From Verrucomicrobiota bacterium (GTDB lineage Bacteria > Verrucomicrobiota > Verrucomicrobiia > Opitutales > Opitutaceae), in assembly GCA_048497945.1 (NCBI GenBank), contig JBEHYX010000015.1:4740-68739 (forward strand): DNA of 64,000 bases. The letters are read 5' to 3'. Position 1 is the first letter of the stretch; every line of letters starts with the position of its first letter. Position numbers and translations under genes: made by a program. The notes below the pieces were generated by a model. It worked only from the letters and a program-made list of their open reading frames with translations, did not search any database and was not told the origin of the DNA. Shown in pieces: positions 1 to 9,003 of the stretch.

Positions 1-434
1 GACGGCCAACAGAACCTGGAGGAACTCTCCGCCCTGGTAGTCGATGCGGGATATCACCTGCATCGCGAGCTTGGGCCCGGCTTCCTGGAATCAGTTTATG
101 AAGCGGTCCTGGCGACCCAGCTCCAACGCCGCGGCCTTGCGGTTATTCGCCAGAAATCCATTCCCATCGAGTTTGCCGGACTCACTTTGAACGAAGGCTT
201 TCGCGTCGACTTGCTCGTGGAGGACCAGCTGGTCGTGGAGCTGAAATCCGTTGAGAATCCATCTCCTGTACACCACAAACAGCTCTCACCTACCTCCGCT
301 TGATGAAACTGCCTTTGGGCCTTCTCATGAATTTTGGCGCCCCCACCTTCAAAGAAGGCCTCAAGCGGATCGTCAACGAGCACCGGAACTTCGCGGCTTC
401 GCGCCTTCGCGTGAACCAGCATCTGGCCAAATGA
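1..434 (+). pseudogene. GxxExxY family (PD-(D/E)xK-like) protein, 5'-truncated by the window edge, frameshifted at ~286
   Basis: Frame 1 reads ...HRELGPGFLESVYEA...FRVDLLVEDQLVVELKSV...HHKQL and stops at TGA 301-303. The family-typical continuation TYLRLMKLPLGLLMNFG...GLKRIVN resumes after a 1-nt shift (CAG CTC TC ACC) and ends at TGA 432-434. Confidence 0.85.
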
Positions 435-1402
435 GACTGCTCTTCGCCCTCCTGCTCGCGCTTGCGCTCGTTCCGTCCGTCCTTGCGCGCGGCAAGTTCG
501 ACAACGCGGTCAAGGCCCGCATCGATGGCAATTATGCCAAGGTGTTGTTCAAGGACGGCCGCAAGGGCGTCTTCCCGCTCAAGGAGCTCGCCAACGAGGA
601 CCTCGTCGTCCTCAACCAGCTCGCCGCGGAATCCCCGCTGCCCGCCGGCAACACCAGGGTCGAGTCCTACGTGCCGGTCAAAACGAAGCGCGTCACGATC
701 GTCAAAAAGGAGATCAAGGACGGCGTCGAAACCGTGGAGCTGAACACCCCGAGCTCCATCCACGACCAGGGGCAGGCGCCGACGTGCCGCTATTACGCCT
801 TCGCCCACGCCCTCGACATCGCCGGCTACTTCATCGACGTCGACCGCATCATCAACTGGCGCCGCGTGGCGGAAACAACCGACGCGCAACGCGCCGCGGC
901 CGACCGAATCACCCGCGGCGACGGCTGGGGCACCACCGCGCTGCTCGAGGGCGACGTCGCGGCCGCGGCGGCCCGCCTCTGCCCGCAGGCCGCGTATCAC
1001 GCCATGTCGTTCAACGAGGTGGCGCATCGCATGACGGAGACCGCCCTCGCCAGCGCCAACACGCCGGAGAAGAGGTTGAAGGCCTATTTCGCGGGCATCG
1101 GCCAGCCCGCGAACTGGGAATGGATCCGCGGCGAGATTCGCGAAGGGCGGCCGGTGCTGGCCGTGCTGATCAGCGACTACTGGCGCGTGCTGCCCGCGGA
1201 ATATTTCGAGAAGCACCCGGCGCCGTCGCGCGACATCGGCCATGCCATGGTCATCCATGGCTTCACTTGGAACGAGGCCAAGGGCACGGGCTCGTTCATG
1301 CTGATCAATTCCTGGGAAGTCGCGCCGCAGATGACCGTCACCCTCGATAACGCCCGCGACGTTCTCTACGGCTCGTTCAGCATCGAGCCGCGGGAGAAGT
1401 AG
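431..1402 (+). CDS. Secreted papain-like (C1/CA clan) cysteine peptidase with N-terminal SHD1-like domain
   Basis: Signal peptide MRLLFALLLALALVPSVLA. Motifs DQGQAPTC (Gln/Cys), GHAMVIHGF (His) and INSW (Asn). ATG 431 overlaps the upstream TGA (ATGA). Confidence 0.7.
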   Translation: MRLLFALLLALALVPSVLARGKFDNAVKARIDGNYAKVLFKDGRKGVFPLKELANEDLVVLNQLAAESPLPAGNTRVESYVPVKTKRVTIVKKEIKDGVETVELNTPSSIHDQGQAPTCRYYAFAHALDIAGYFIDVDRIINWRRVAETTDAQRAAADRITRGDGWGTTALLEGDVAAAAARLCPQAAYHAMSFNEVAHRMTETALASANTPEKRLKAYFAGIGQPANWEWIRGEIREGRPVLAVLISDYWRVLPAEYFEKHPAPSRDIGHAMVIHGFTWNEAKGTGSFMLINSWEVAPQMTVTLDNARDVLYGSFSIEPREK

Positions 1403-1415
1403 GCCGGGCTCGGCC

Positions 1416-1441
1416 GTGGGACGGGGCTTTGCGCCCCCGAC
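1416..1441. repeat. Single GTGGGA-type REP-like element
   Basis: gtgggacggggctttgcgcccccgac resembles the arms of the doublet at 25219-25289. Confidence 0.45.
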
Positions 1442-1457
1442 TCCCGAACCGATCTTC

Positions 1458-1668
1458 TTTTGACCACTAATGCATCGCCTAACGGCTCTGCTACTTGGTG
1501 CGCTCCGCCTGATCGGCTCCGCATTGTGTTCATGGGGTCGGCTAATCGCCGACTGAAACCACCTCTATTTTAAGCGGCGATTAGCCGCTCCCCGAAACCA
1601 AAACCGGAGCCGATTAGGCGGAGGGGATTTTAAAGCAGAGCCGTTAGGCGATGCATTAGTGGTCAAAA
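1458..1668. repeat. ~210-bp nested palindromic (MITE/REPIN-like) element, copy 1
   Basis: Perfect 35-bp terminal inverted repeat (1458-1492 / 1634-1668) plus two inner inverted pairs. Lies between convergent genes. Confidence 0.85.
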
Positions 1669-1692
1669 TCTCAGGAGGTTCGATTGCACGCC

Positions 1693-3879
1693 CTACTTCA
1701 CCGGCTCGCGCGCGATCTCAATATCGTGCGCCACTTCCGCCGTGAGCAACGTCCAGTCCACGTTCCCCACGCGGTTCGTCCACATCGGATTTTTGTACCG
1801 TGAGCGCATGAGCGCCGTGTAGCGATCCCAGTGGCAGGCGGCATCGGTCAGCTGCGCAATGGCCGCCAGCTGGTGCACTTCGTTCTTCGTCCTCCGGTAC
1901 AGCGCCAGCTCCGTCGCCCCGCGGATCTTGCAGCCGTAGTAATGACCCAGCCAGGCCATCGCCTCGATGTCGGCCAGCGTCGCCGCGAGCTCCTGGTTTT
2001 CGTGCGGGTCCATTTTCGCAACCGCGGCGAGCGCCGCGCCCGCATGCGCGTGCAACTGCTCCGCCACCTGCAACGGCGTCGTGCCCGCGGGCTCCGCGCC
2101 CGCCGCGACCGCAGTCACATACTGCGGGATCGTGAGGTTTTTCGTCCCCGGATGCACTCCGAGCGTGATGAAGCGGTTGACGTCGTGAAAGCCGCTCTTG
2201 GTCTGCGCCGGCTGCGGCCGGCTCTTGCAGGCCTCGATGTACCACTGGAAATCATACTGGCCCCAGTGGAAGCCGGTCGTGAGCGGATAAACCAGGGAGG
2301 CGTCCTGCCACGCCGCGAGCAGCTGCTTCGCGTCCACACCTGGAAAACGCTGCGCCACCAGCGCCTCGATCCGGTCGTTGCCGAGCGCCGGGTCGTAGCT
2401 GAACCGGCCCCAGGTCAGCCAGTCGAGCCAGTGCTTGTCCACTTCCAGCTGGCGCGGGCTGGCCGGCTCCTGATCGAGGAATTCCCGGCCCCAGACCCAC
2501 ATGTCCGAGCCGTAGTAGACGCCCTGCGTGACCTCGCGCGGCATGTTCGTGATGAACTCCCGCACGAAATCCGGCGCGGCCCAGCGCAGCATCAGCGCGT
2601 CGTCGTTGCGCAGCGTCCACAGGGTCTTCAGGTCACCGAGCGTGGGCACGAAATCCCGGTGGAAGGTCTGGACCGTCGAACTCTGTGCATGGGCCTGCGC
2701 ATATTTGAAGCTGAAGACGAAATCGATGTCCGGGTTCCTCGTGAGCGGCGCGAAGGTCTTCGCGATGTCCGAAGCCCGCGTCTCGTGCTGGCGGTGAATG
2801 AAGCGGATCTTCCGGCCGGGCTGCTCGCGCGCCACGTCCATCACGCCCTGCGCGTAGGTGGCGAACAGCCAGTCTTCCTTCGCCTCGAAGCTGGAATTGG
2901 CGTTGCCGATGTTCTCGCCCGCCGTGACGCCGATGCCGCGCAGCAGCGGATACGTGCGGAACAGCTGCGCCACGCTCTTGCGGAAATAATCCACCGTCAC
3001 CGGGTTCGTGATCGCGTCCGTGATGCCGTGCTTCCCGCCCGTGCCGTAGGTGTAGATGTTCCAGGTGAGGATGTAGAAGTCGATGTTCCGGTCCTTGGCG
3101 TACTGCATGACGCGCCGCCAGAAGGCGATTTTCTCGTCGATGGTGAGCTTCTTCACCGTCTCCACCTGCGCGAGCATCGCGGGAGTCACGATGTCCTCGG
3201 TGCGCGTCGAGTAATACTCCGCGAACTTGCTCGTGGAGCGCTGGACATCGTCGAGGGCGACATCCTCGTAGCCGGGCACCTTCACCAGCGACGGGAACGG
3301 GTGCAGGTTCCAGAGTGAAACGTAGTTGAACCGGTCGCGCGCGAGCTGGTCGAGATAGGCGCGCCAGAAGTCGAAATCCCAGACCGTCGCGATGTTCGCC
3401 TGCGCCGAGTCGCCCATGTCGGTGTAGCTCGGCGTCCGCACATCGAGCGGGATGTTGAACTTCGCCCCGCGCATCGCAATGTAGGGCTCGCGCCGCACGG
3501 GCTGCACCGCCGGCAGCCCGCCGATCCGGATCTGCTCGGCCAGCTCGAGTCCGCCGTACATCACGCCGCCCGGCCCGCCGCCCCGCACCGTGAGATACTG
3601 GCGGTCGCCGGTGGGCGACGCCTGCAGGTCGAAAGCCTCGTTCTTCAGGTCGGTCGCTTCCGCCAGGACGATCGACGTCGTGCCCTCGGCGATCTGCTTC
3701 AGGTTCTTCCGCACAACCGTGTCGCCCCTCGCCTGCAAGGCGGCTTCGATCTCGCCGGCGGCGAATTTCGCCGGCTCCGAGACGGCGTCGACCTGGAGAA
3801 ACACCTCGCGCGCCTGGGCGGTGCCCAGCGATACGCCCATGACGAGAAGACCAAACAGCGGCAGCGGGGGTAAACGCAT
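1693..3879 (-). CDS. Secreted putative glycoside hydrolase (GH20/GH67/GH115-like N-terminal domain plus catalytic barrel)
   Basis: Signal peptide MRLPPLPLFGLLVMGVSLGTAQA. EAFDL...GGGPGGVMYGGLELAE is typical of the GH20b-like domain. Family not resolvable by eye. Confidence 0.55.
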   Translation of the reverse strand: MRLPPLPLFGLLVMGVSLGTAQAREVFLQVDAVSEPAKFAAGEIEAALQARGDTVVRKNLKQIAEGTTSIVLAEATDLKNEAFDLQASPTGDRQYLTVRGGGPGGVMYGGLELAEQIRIGGLPAVQPVRREPYIAMRGAKFNIPLDVRTPSYTDMGDSAQANIATVWDFDFWRAYLDQLARDRFNYVSLWNLHPFPSLVKVPGYEDVALDDVQRSTSKFAEYYSTRTEDIVTPAMLAQVETVKKLTIDEKIAFWRRVMQYAKDRNIDFYILTWNIYTYGTGGKHGITDAITNPVTVDYFRKSVAQLFRTYPLLRGIGVTAGENIGNANSSFEAKEDWLFATYAQGVMDVAREQPGRKIRFIHRQHETRASDIAKTFAPLTRNPDIDFVFSFKYAQAHAQSSTVQTFHRDFVPTLGDLKTLWTLRNDDALMLRWAAPDFVREFITNMPREVTQGVYYGSDMWVWGREFLDQEPASPRQLEVDKHWLDWLTWGRFSYDPALGNDRIEALVAQRFPGVDAKQLLAAWQDASLVYPLTTGFHWGQYDFQWYIEACKSRPQPAQTKSGFHDVNRFITLGVHPGTKNLTIPQYVTAVAAGAEPAGTTPLQVAEQLHAHAGAALAAVAKMDPHENQELAATLADIEAMAWLGHYYGCKIRGATELALYRRTKNEVHQLAAIAQLTDAACHWDRYTALMRSRYKNPMWTNRVGNVDWTLLTAEVAHDIEIAREPVK

Positions 3880-4027
3880 GCGTCTATCCACTCCCCGCCG
3901 GCCGCAAGGTAAACAGCAATTTCGCGCTGTGATTAGACCGGGCCTGCCCTTTGGACCGCGGGTTCTGCGCAGGACACGGATCTGGTACCGAGTCCACTCA
4001 CCGTCATCCTGAGTCGTACAAGGATCC

Positions 4028-4087
4028 AAGGTGGTCGCCGCCGTCCCGGCGGCGACAGGCGTCGGTGTGGAAACCGACGCCCACCTT
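4028..4087. repeat. AAGGTGG-type REP doublet (REPIN)
   Basis: aaggtgg+hairpin ... hairpin+ccacctt. Related copies at 13642, 16380 and 62808. Confidence 0.7.
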
Positions 4088-4204
4088 TCATTCGCACGGC
4101 TCAGGATGACGGGTTGCCGGGATTTAATCGGCTATCCGCAAGATCCGCGCAATCGTGGTTAACAATTGCCAGCTGGTTCGGGCGCGACTCCAGTGCCTGT
4201 GCCC

Positions 4205-5032
4205 ATGGCCGAAATCGTCAATTTCTCCGCCTACAAGTTTGCCCCGCTGGCAGACCTTCCCGCCCTGCAGGAGCGACTGCGCGCCGTGGCCAACGCGGGG
4301 GAACTCCGCGGCACGATCCTCCTCAGTCCGGAAGGCATCAACCTGTTCGTCGCCGGCGCCCGCGCCGCGCTCGGCGACCTGCTGGCCGAGATCCGCCGCG
4401 TGCCGGGACTGGCCGATCTCACGCCCAAGGAAAGCCTGAGCACCGAGAAGCCCTTCAACCGCATGCTCGTGAAGATCAAGAAGGAGATCATCGCCTTCGG
4501 CGTGGCGGGCATCGACCCGGCGCGCCATCCGACCGCCAAGCTGCCGGCCAAAACCCTGCGGGCGTGGCTCGACGAGGGCCGGCCCCTCACCCTGCTCGAC
4601 ACCCGCAACGACTACGAGGTGAAGATGGGCACGTTCCGCGGCGCCCAGGCCGCCGGCATCGACAACTTCCGCGACTTTCCCGCCGCCGTCGCCAAATTGC
4701 CCGAGCAGCTGAAGGAGCAGCCAATCGTGATGTTCTGCACCGGCGGCATCCGCTGCGAAAAGGCCGGGCCGTTCATGGAGCGGAGCGGTTTCAAGCAGGT
4801 CTTCCAGCTCGACGGCGGCATCCTGAAGTACTTCGAGGAATGTGGCAGCGCCCACTACGACGGCGAGTGCTTCGTCTTCGACCGGCGCGTCGGCGTCGAC
4901 CCGGAACTGCAGGAAACCGATTCCGTGATGTGCTTCGCCTGCCAGATGCCGCTGACCGCGGAAGAGCAGGCGCACCCCCACTACGTGCCGGACAAATCCT
5001 GCCCGCACTGCTTCACGGCAAACCTTTGCTGA
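4205..5032 (+). CDS. trhO: tRNA uridine(34) hydroxylase, rhodanese/UPF0176 family
   Basis: YKF...[45 protein letters not shown] and CFVFDRR motifs. Confidence 0.88.
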   Translation: MAEIVNFSAYKFAPLADLPALQERLRAVANAGELRGTILLSPEGINLFVAGARAALGDLLAEIRRVPGLADLTPKESLSTEKPFNRMLVKIKKEIIAFGVAGIDPARHPTAKLPAKTLRAWLDEGRPLTLLDTRNDYEVKMGTFRGAQAAGIDNFRDFPAAVAKLPEQLKEQPIVMFCTGGIRCEKAGPFMERSGFKQVFQLDGGILKYFEECGSAHYDGECFVFDRRVGVDPELQETDSVMCFACQMPLTAEEQAHPHYVPDKSCPHCFTANLC

Positions 5033-5236
5033 ACCACTAATCCGTTTCGCCAATGGCGAAACTTTTAATCCCCCCTTCGACTAATCGTCTCCGGGTTTGT
5101 TGCGGGGAAGCAGCTAATCGCTGCTTGAACTCGATCTCCTGTCGGCGATTAGCCGACCCCCGAAGCCAACATTCAGCGACGATCAGTCGCTGCAGGATAG
5201 CCAAGGATTCATCTTTGATGAATCCCATTAGTGGTT
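5032..5236. repeat. ~205-bp nested palindromic element, copy 2 (inverted relative to copy 1)
   Basis: Termini aaccactaat / attagtggtt. 5141-5160 is the exact reverse complement of 1534-1553. Lies between convergent trhO and the helicase. Confidence 0.75.
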
Positions 5237-5246
5237 TCCAACCTCG

Positions 5247-6545
5247 CTACCGCAGTCGCGGCCAGCGGAATGTGCTCTCGGGCGATGGCTCGGCCGGGCG
5301 CGTGGCCGGCTTGCCCTGGGCTTCGCGCAATTTGTCCTTCTTGCTCTTGCGCTTCCCTTTGATGCCGCCGGTCGGATTCGCCGGCGCCTCGAGCTCGGTC
5401 GGCTCGAAGCCCTCGACCTGTTCCCGCGGGATGGCGAGATGGTTGCGCTTCTCGATCAGCTTGAAATGCGCGTGCGTGCTGGCGCTGACAAAATTCACCG
5501 CCACGCCGCTCTTCCCCGCCCGGCCGGTGCGGCCGATCCGGTGCGTGTAGTCGGTTGGCGAGCGTGGCAGGTCGAAGTTCACCACGACCGGGAGATCCGC
5601 GATGTCGATGCCGCGCGCCGCGAGGTCGGTGGCGAGCAGCACGTGGATCTTCGCCGCCTTGAAATCCGCGAGGCGCTGGGAACGCGTGCCCTGGCTGAGT
5701 TCGCCATGCAGCGCCTCGGCATGGATGCCGGCCTTGCGCAGCTTTTCGGCGACGTGTTCGGTGGCGTATTTCGTCGCCACGAAGACCAGCACGCGCGTCC
5801 ATCCGTTCGCCTGGACGAGATGGCGCAGCAGCTGCGTGCGTCGCGGCACGTCCACCTCGATCGCCCGCTGCTGGATGTCGGGCGCCGTCGCGGCCACCAC
5901 GGCCACCTCGATGCGCACCGGATCGTGCAGCAGGTTGTCAGCGAGCGCCTGGACCTCCGGGGGAAACGTGGCCGAGAACAGCAGGCTCTGGCGGCGCTGG
6001 GGCAGCAGCGCGATGATGCGGTTGAGCTCCTCCGTGAAGCCCAGGTCGAGCAACCGGTCGGCCTCGTCCAGCACCAGCGTCGCAACCGCCGACAGGGACA
6101 CCGCGTTGTGGTCAACGAGGTCGAGCAACCGGCCCGGTGTGGCGACGATGACATCCGCGCCGCCGCCGAGCGCCATCATCTGCGGATTGATCGAAACGCC
6201 GCCGTAAACCGTGAGCACCTTGACCGGCTCCGGCAGGTGCCGGCTGTAGGCGCGGAACGACTCGCCGATCTGGGCCGCCAGCTCGCGCGTCGGCACCAGC
6301 ACCAGCGAACGCACGAAGCGCCCGCGGTCGCGGCGGCCCGCGGACAGCTGCTGCAAAATCGGCAGCGCAAACGCCGCGGTCTTGCCCGAGCCGGTCTGGG
6401 CCGAGGCGCGCACATCGCGGCCGCGCAGGATCGCCGGGATGGCCTCCGCCTGCACCGGCGTCGGCGCGCCGTAACCGCGGTCGCCCACGGCCCGGCGCAA
6501 CGGTTCGGAAAGGCCCAAATGAGAAAATGCCGCGGATGTGCTCAC
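5247..6545 (-). CDS. rhlE: DEAD-box RNA helicase, RhlE-like
   Basis: Q motif PTPVQ, AQTGSGKT, PTRELA, DEAD, SAT, ARGID and HRIGRTGR motifs. GTG start at 6545 inferred. Confidence 0.88.
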   Translation of the reverse strand: MSTSAAFSHLGLSEPLRRAVGDRGYGAPTPVQAEAIPAILRGRDVRASAQTGSGKTAAFALPILQQLSAGRRDRGRFVRSLVLVPTRELAAQIGESFRAYSRHLPEPVKVLTVYGGVSINPQMMALGGGADVIVATPGRLLDLVDHNAVSLSAVATLVLDEADRLLDLGFTEELNRIIALLPQRRQSLLFSATFPPEVQALADNLLHDPVRIEVAVVAATAPDIQQRAIEVDVPRRTQLLRHLVQANGWTRVLVFVATKYATEHVAEKLRKAGIHAEALHGELSQGTRSQRLADFKAAKIHVLLATDLAARGIDIADLPVVVNFDLPRSPTDYTHRIGRTGRAGKSGVAVNFVSASTHAHFKLIEKRNHLAIPREQVEGFEPTELEAPANPTGGIKGKRKSKKDKLREAQGKPATRPAEPSPESTFRWPRLR

Positions 6546-6547
6546 TG

Positions 6548-6647
6548 AACACACCCCGCCCTGTCGGGCACCCCTCTTGATAGAGGGGACTTCTGAAGAC
6601 TTGAATCCCCTCTATCAAGAGGGGTGGCGCGCAGCGCCGGGGTGTGT
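6548..6647. repeat. Palindromic doublet repeat (CCCCTC..GAGGGG family), copy 1
   Basis: 46 bp (6548-6593) are identical to 16430-16475, and the right arms are near-identical. Each arm contains cccctc-N-gagggg hairpins. Confidence 0.85.
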
Positions 6648-6657
6648 CGGATCGTTC

Positions 6658-6894
6658 TCACGCCAGCTGGACCACGATCGTCTGGCCGTCGACCGTCACG
6701 CGGTCGCCGACCGCCAGCTTCTTCCGCTTCTGCGTCTCGACGACGCCGTTGAGCTGGGCGAGGCCGGAGCTGATGAGTTGCTTCGCCTCGCCACCGGTGC
6801 CCGCGAGCCCGCCGAACTTGATGAACTGGCAGAGCTCGATGGGCACTTCACGGACCACGACATTGCGCGGCTGGGATGAACGGGAGTCGGACAT
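6658..6894 (-). CDS. S4-domain RNA-binding protein (YbcJ/YaaA family)
   Basis: IELCQFIKFGGLAGTGGEAKQLI...NGVVETQKRKKL. Confidence 0.85.
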   Translation of the reverse strand: MSDSRSSQPRNVVVREVPIELCQFIKFGGLAGTGGEAKQLISSGLAQLNGVVETQKRKKLAVGDRVTVDGQTIVVQLA

Positions 6895-6953
6895 GCCGGA
6901 AACTTGAACCACAAAGCCCCCAAGGCACAAAGCACAAACAATCCAAGACATTC

Positions 6954-7128
6954 TTCACAGAAGGTAACGGAGAGAACGAAGAATCGAATCCTGCCTTTGT
7001 TGCCTTCGTTATCTTCTGTGAAATCAGGATTGTTTCACGATCCGGGATAAACCGACCTTTCACAGGAGGTAACGGAGCCAACGGAGGGTCGGAAAAACTA
7101 TCTCAGTTTCCTCCGTTACCTCCTGTAA
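6954..7128. repeat. Two tandem imperfect inverted-repeat elements (ttcacag(a/g)aggtaacggag family)
   Basis: Hairpins at 6954-7022 and 7059-7128 have similar arms. Confidence 0.7.
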
Positions 7129-7130
7129 GG

Positions 7131-7976
7131 TCAGGATGGTTTCACGATCCGGATACCATCCGGCTCGATATAGATCTTCTGTTCCTTGAAGAGCGCGCCG
7201 ATCGCCTGCTTGAACGCCTTCTTGCTCATGCCGAAGACGTCGCGGATTTCCTCCGGCAGGCTGTTGTCGTGGTACGGCAGAAAGCCACCTTTCTCCGCCA
7301 GGATCTTCAGCACCTGCTCGCTCATCGGGCCGATGCGCCGGTGGCCCGCGAGGCCGAGGGCGAGGTCGAGCTTGCCGTCCGGCCGGATGGCGCGGACGTA
7401 ACCCTGCACCCACTGGCCGATCTTCAGCGAGCCGCCGGGGATGTCGGTGTTGTAGATCAGGCCGCGGTGCGCGTTATTGACGACCAGGTTGTAGCCGAGC
7501 GGGCTTTTGCTCGCGACGATCATGCGGACCGACTCGCCCTCGTGGTAATGCGGCGGACGCTGGTCGAGCCGGCGGTTGAAGCGCGCGCAAGCGATCAGGC
7601 GGTCGGTGCGCTCGTCGAGCACCACCATCACGACAACGCGATCGCCGGGATTGAGCGGGCCGTCCATCTCGCGTGCCGGCAGCAGCAAATCCTTCTCCAA
7701 GCCCCAGTGCAGGAAAACGCCGATGCGCGGATTCACGCCCGCCACCTCGAGGTACGCGAACTCGCCCACGGTCACCAGCGGCTGCTCGGTGGTTGCGACC
7801 AGACGGTCTTCGGAGTCGCGATAGACGAACACGTCAACCTGCCCGCCCACCACCGCACCCGCCGGGATGAACTTCCCCGGCAGGAGGATTTCCCCGCGCT
7901 TGCCCCCGTCGAGATAGAGTCCCGGCGGAGCGGAGCGAAGCACGGTGAGCAGGTTGCGTTTCCCCAGGATGGCCAT
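7131..7976 (-). CDS. CvfB/YitL-family S1 RNA-binding protein
   Basis: GEILLP...VFVYRDSEDRLVAT, FLHWGLEKDLLLP, and C-terminal winged helix FGMSKKAFKQAIGALFK. Confidence 0.88.
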   Translation of the reverse strand: MAILGKRNLLTVLRSAPPGLYLDGGKRGEILLPGKFIPAGAVVGGQVDVFVYRDSEDRLVATTEQPLVTVGEFAYLEVAGVNPRIGVFLHWGLEKDLLLPAREMDGPLNPGDRVVVMVVLDERTDRLIACARFNRRLDQRPPHYHEGESVRMIVASKSPLGYNLVVNNAHRGLIYNTDIPGGSLKIGQWVQGYVRAIRPDGKLDLALGLAGHRRIGPMSEQVLKILAEKGGFLPYHDNSLPEEIRDVFGMSKKAFKQAIGALFKEQKIYIEPDGIRIVKPS

Positions 7977-8322
7977 CGCGCGACCTTGGGCGGAATTTCC
8001 CGCTTTGGGGAGGGAATTCGGCAGCACACCTGATTCAAAAGAGAAAACCTCCATCCTCCGCGGCACACTCTTCACCCCTTTCCCTTCTTCCGCTGCCGCC
8101 GCCCATTCCCTGGATCGCATCGACTTGGCCAAGCGCTCGGACAATCCGCGCGCGCCCGCTACTTTCGATGGGACAATGCGAGTTGGACACGACCATTGTC
8201 CACTTGTGTGCCATGCCGGCCAATCCGTTGGCCGCATATGCGGAGGCGAGCCAGTTCGCCCTTGAAATGCGGAAATTTGCCGGCCTTAGTTTTCAGGCCG
8301 CGCCGGGCCCCGCGGCCCACGG

Positions 8323-9003
8323 ATGTTGTCTCCGCTGCACACCCTCTTTTGCCCCGCAAACTGCCGGTTGGCCGGCCGGGTCACCCGAGCTTTTGCGGCC
8401 GCCGGCGCCGGCAGGCTGACCGCACTCATGGGCCCGGGGGCGCGCGCGGGCGTGGCGGGACTGGGCCTGCTGGCCGCGGCGGCGGGGAACGGGGCGTTGC
8501 GCGCGGATGCCCGCTTCACCTTCACCGAATTGCGGACCGCGCCAAAGATAACCCCGCGGCAATTCGGCAACCTCTTCATGGAATTCCGGTATGAATATTC
8601 GCCCTATGTGCTTCAGGTGGACGAATTCCTTTCCGACCGCACGGGCGACTGCGACGATTACGCGCTGCTCGCAAACGACATCCTTTCCCGCCATGGCTAT
8701 CACACCCGGTTCATCCAGGTCTCCCTGGCCGGGAGCGATGTCGCCCATGCCATCTGCTACGTCGGCGAAAACCGCGCATACCTCGACTATAACAACCGCC
8801 GGTATGAGATGAACCTGGAGCGATCGGGACCCACCCTCCGGGATATCGCCATGAAAGTGGCCGATGCGTTCGAGAAAAACTGGACGACCGCCACCGAGTA
8901 CAGCTTCAGCTACGACGATTACCGGAAACAGGCGCGTTACACCGTGGTGAAGACGGACCCTCCCGACCGGGATCCCGACCGGCAGGCCACCTCCTCCCGA
9001 TGA
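8323..9003 (+). CDS. Exported transglutaminase-like cysteine protease (BTLCP/LapG-like fold)
   Basis: GDCDDYA (Cys), AHAIC (His), YLDY (Asp), and a hydrophobic leader. Start uncertain. Confidence 0.6.
   Translation: MLSPLHTLFCPANCRLAGRVTRAFAAAGAGRLTALMGPGARAGVAGLGLLAAAAGNGALRADARFTFTELRTAPKITPRQFGNLFMEFRYEYSPYVLQVDEFLSDRTGDCDDYALLANDILSRHGYHTRFIQVSLAGSDVAHAICYVGENRAYLDYNNRRYEMNLERSGPTLRDIAMKVADAFEKNWTTATEYSFSYDDYRKQARYTVVKTDPPDRDPDRQATSSR

Noticed and set aside
251-430. ORF-track N-terminal extension of the peptidase
   Set aside because: It overlaps the GxxExxY coding region; the signal peptide begins at ATG 431.
1458-1668. Regularly spaced motifs suggestive of a mini-CRISPR array
   Set aside because: The units are inverted and degenerate rather than identical direct repeats, and there are no cas genes in the window.
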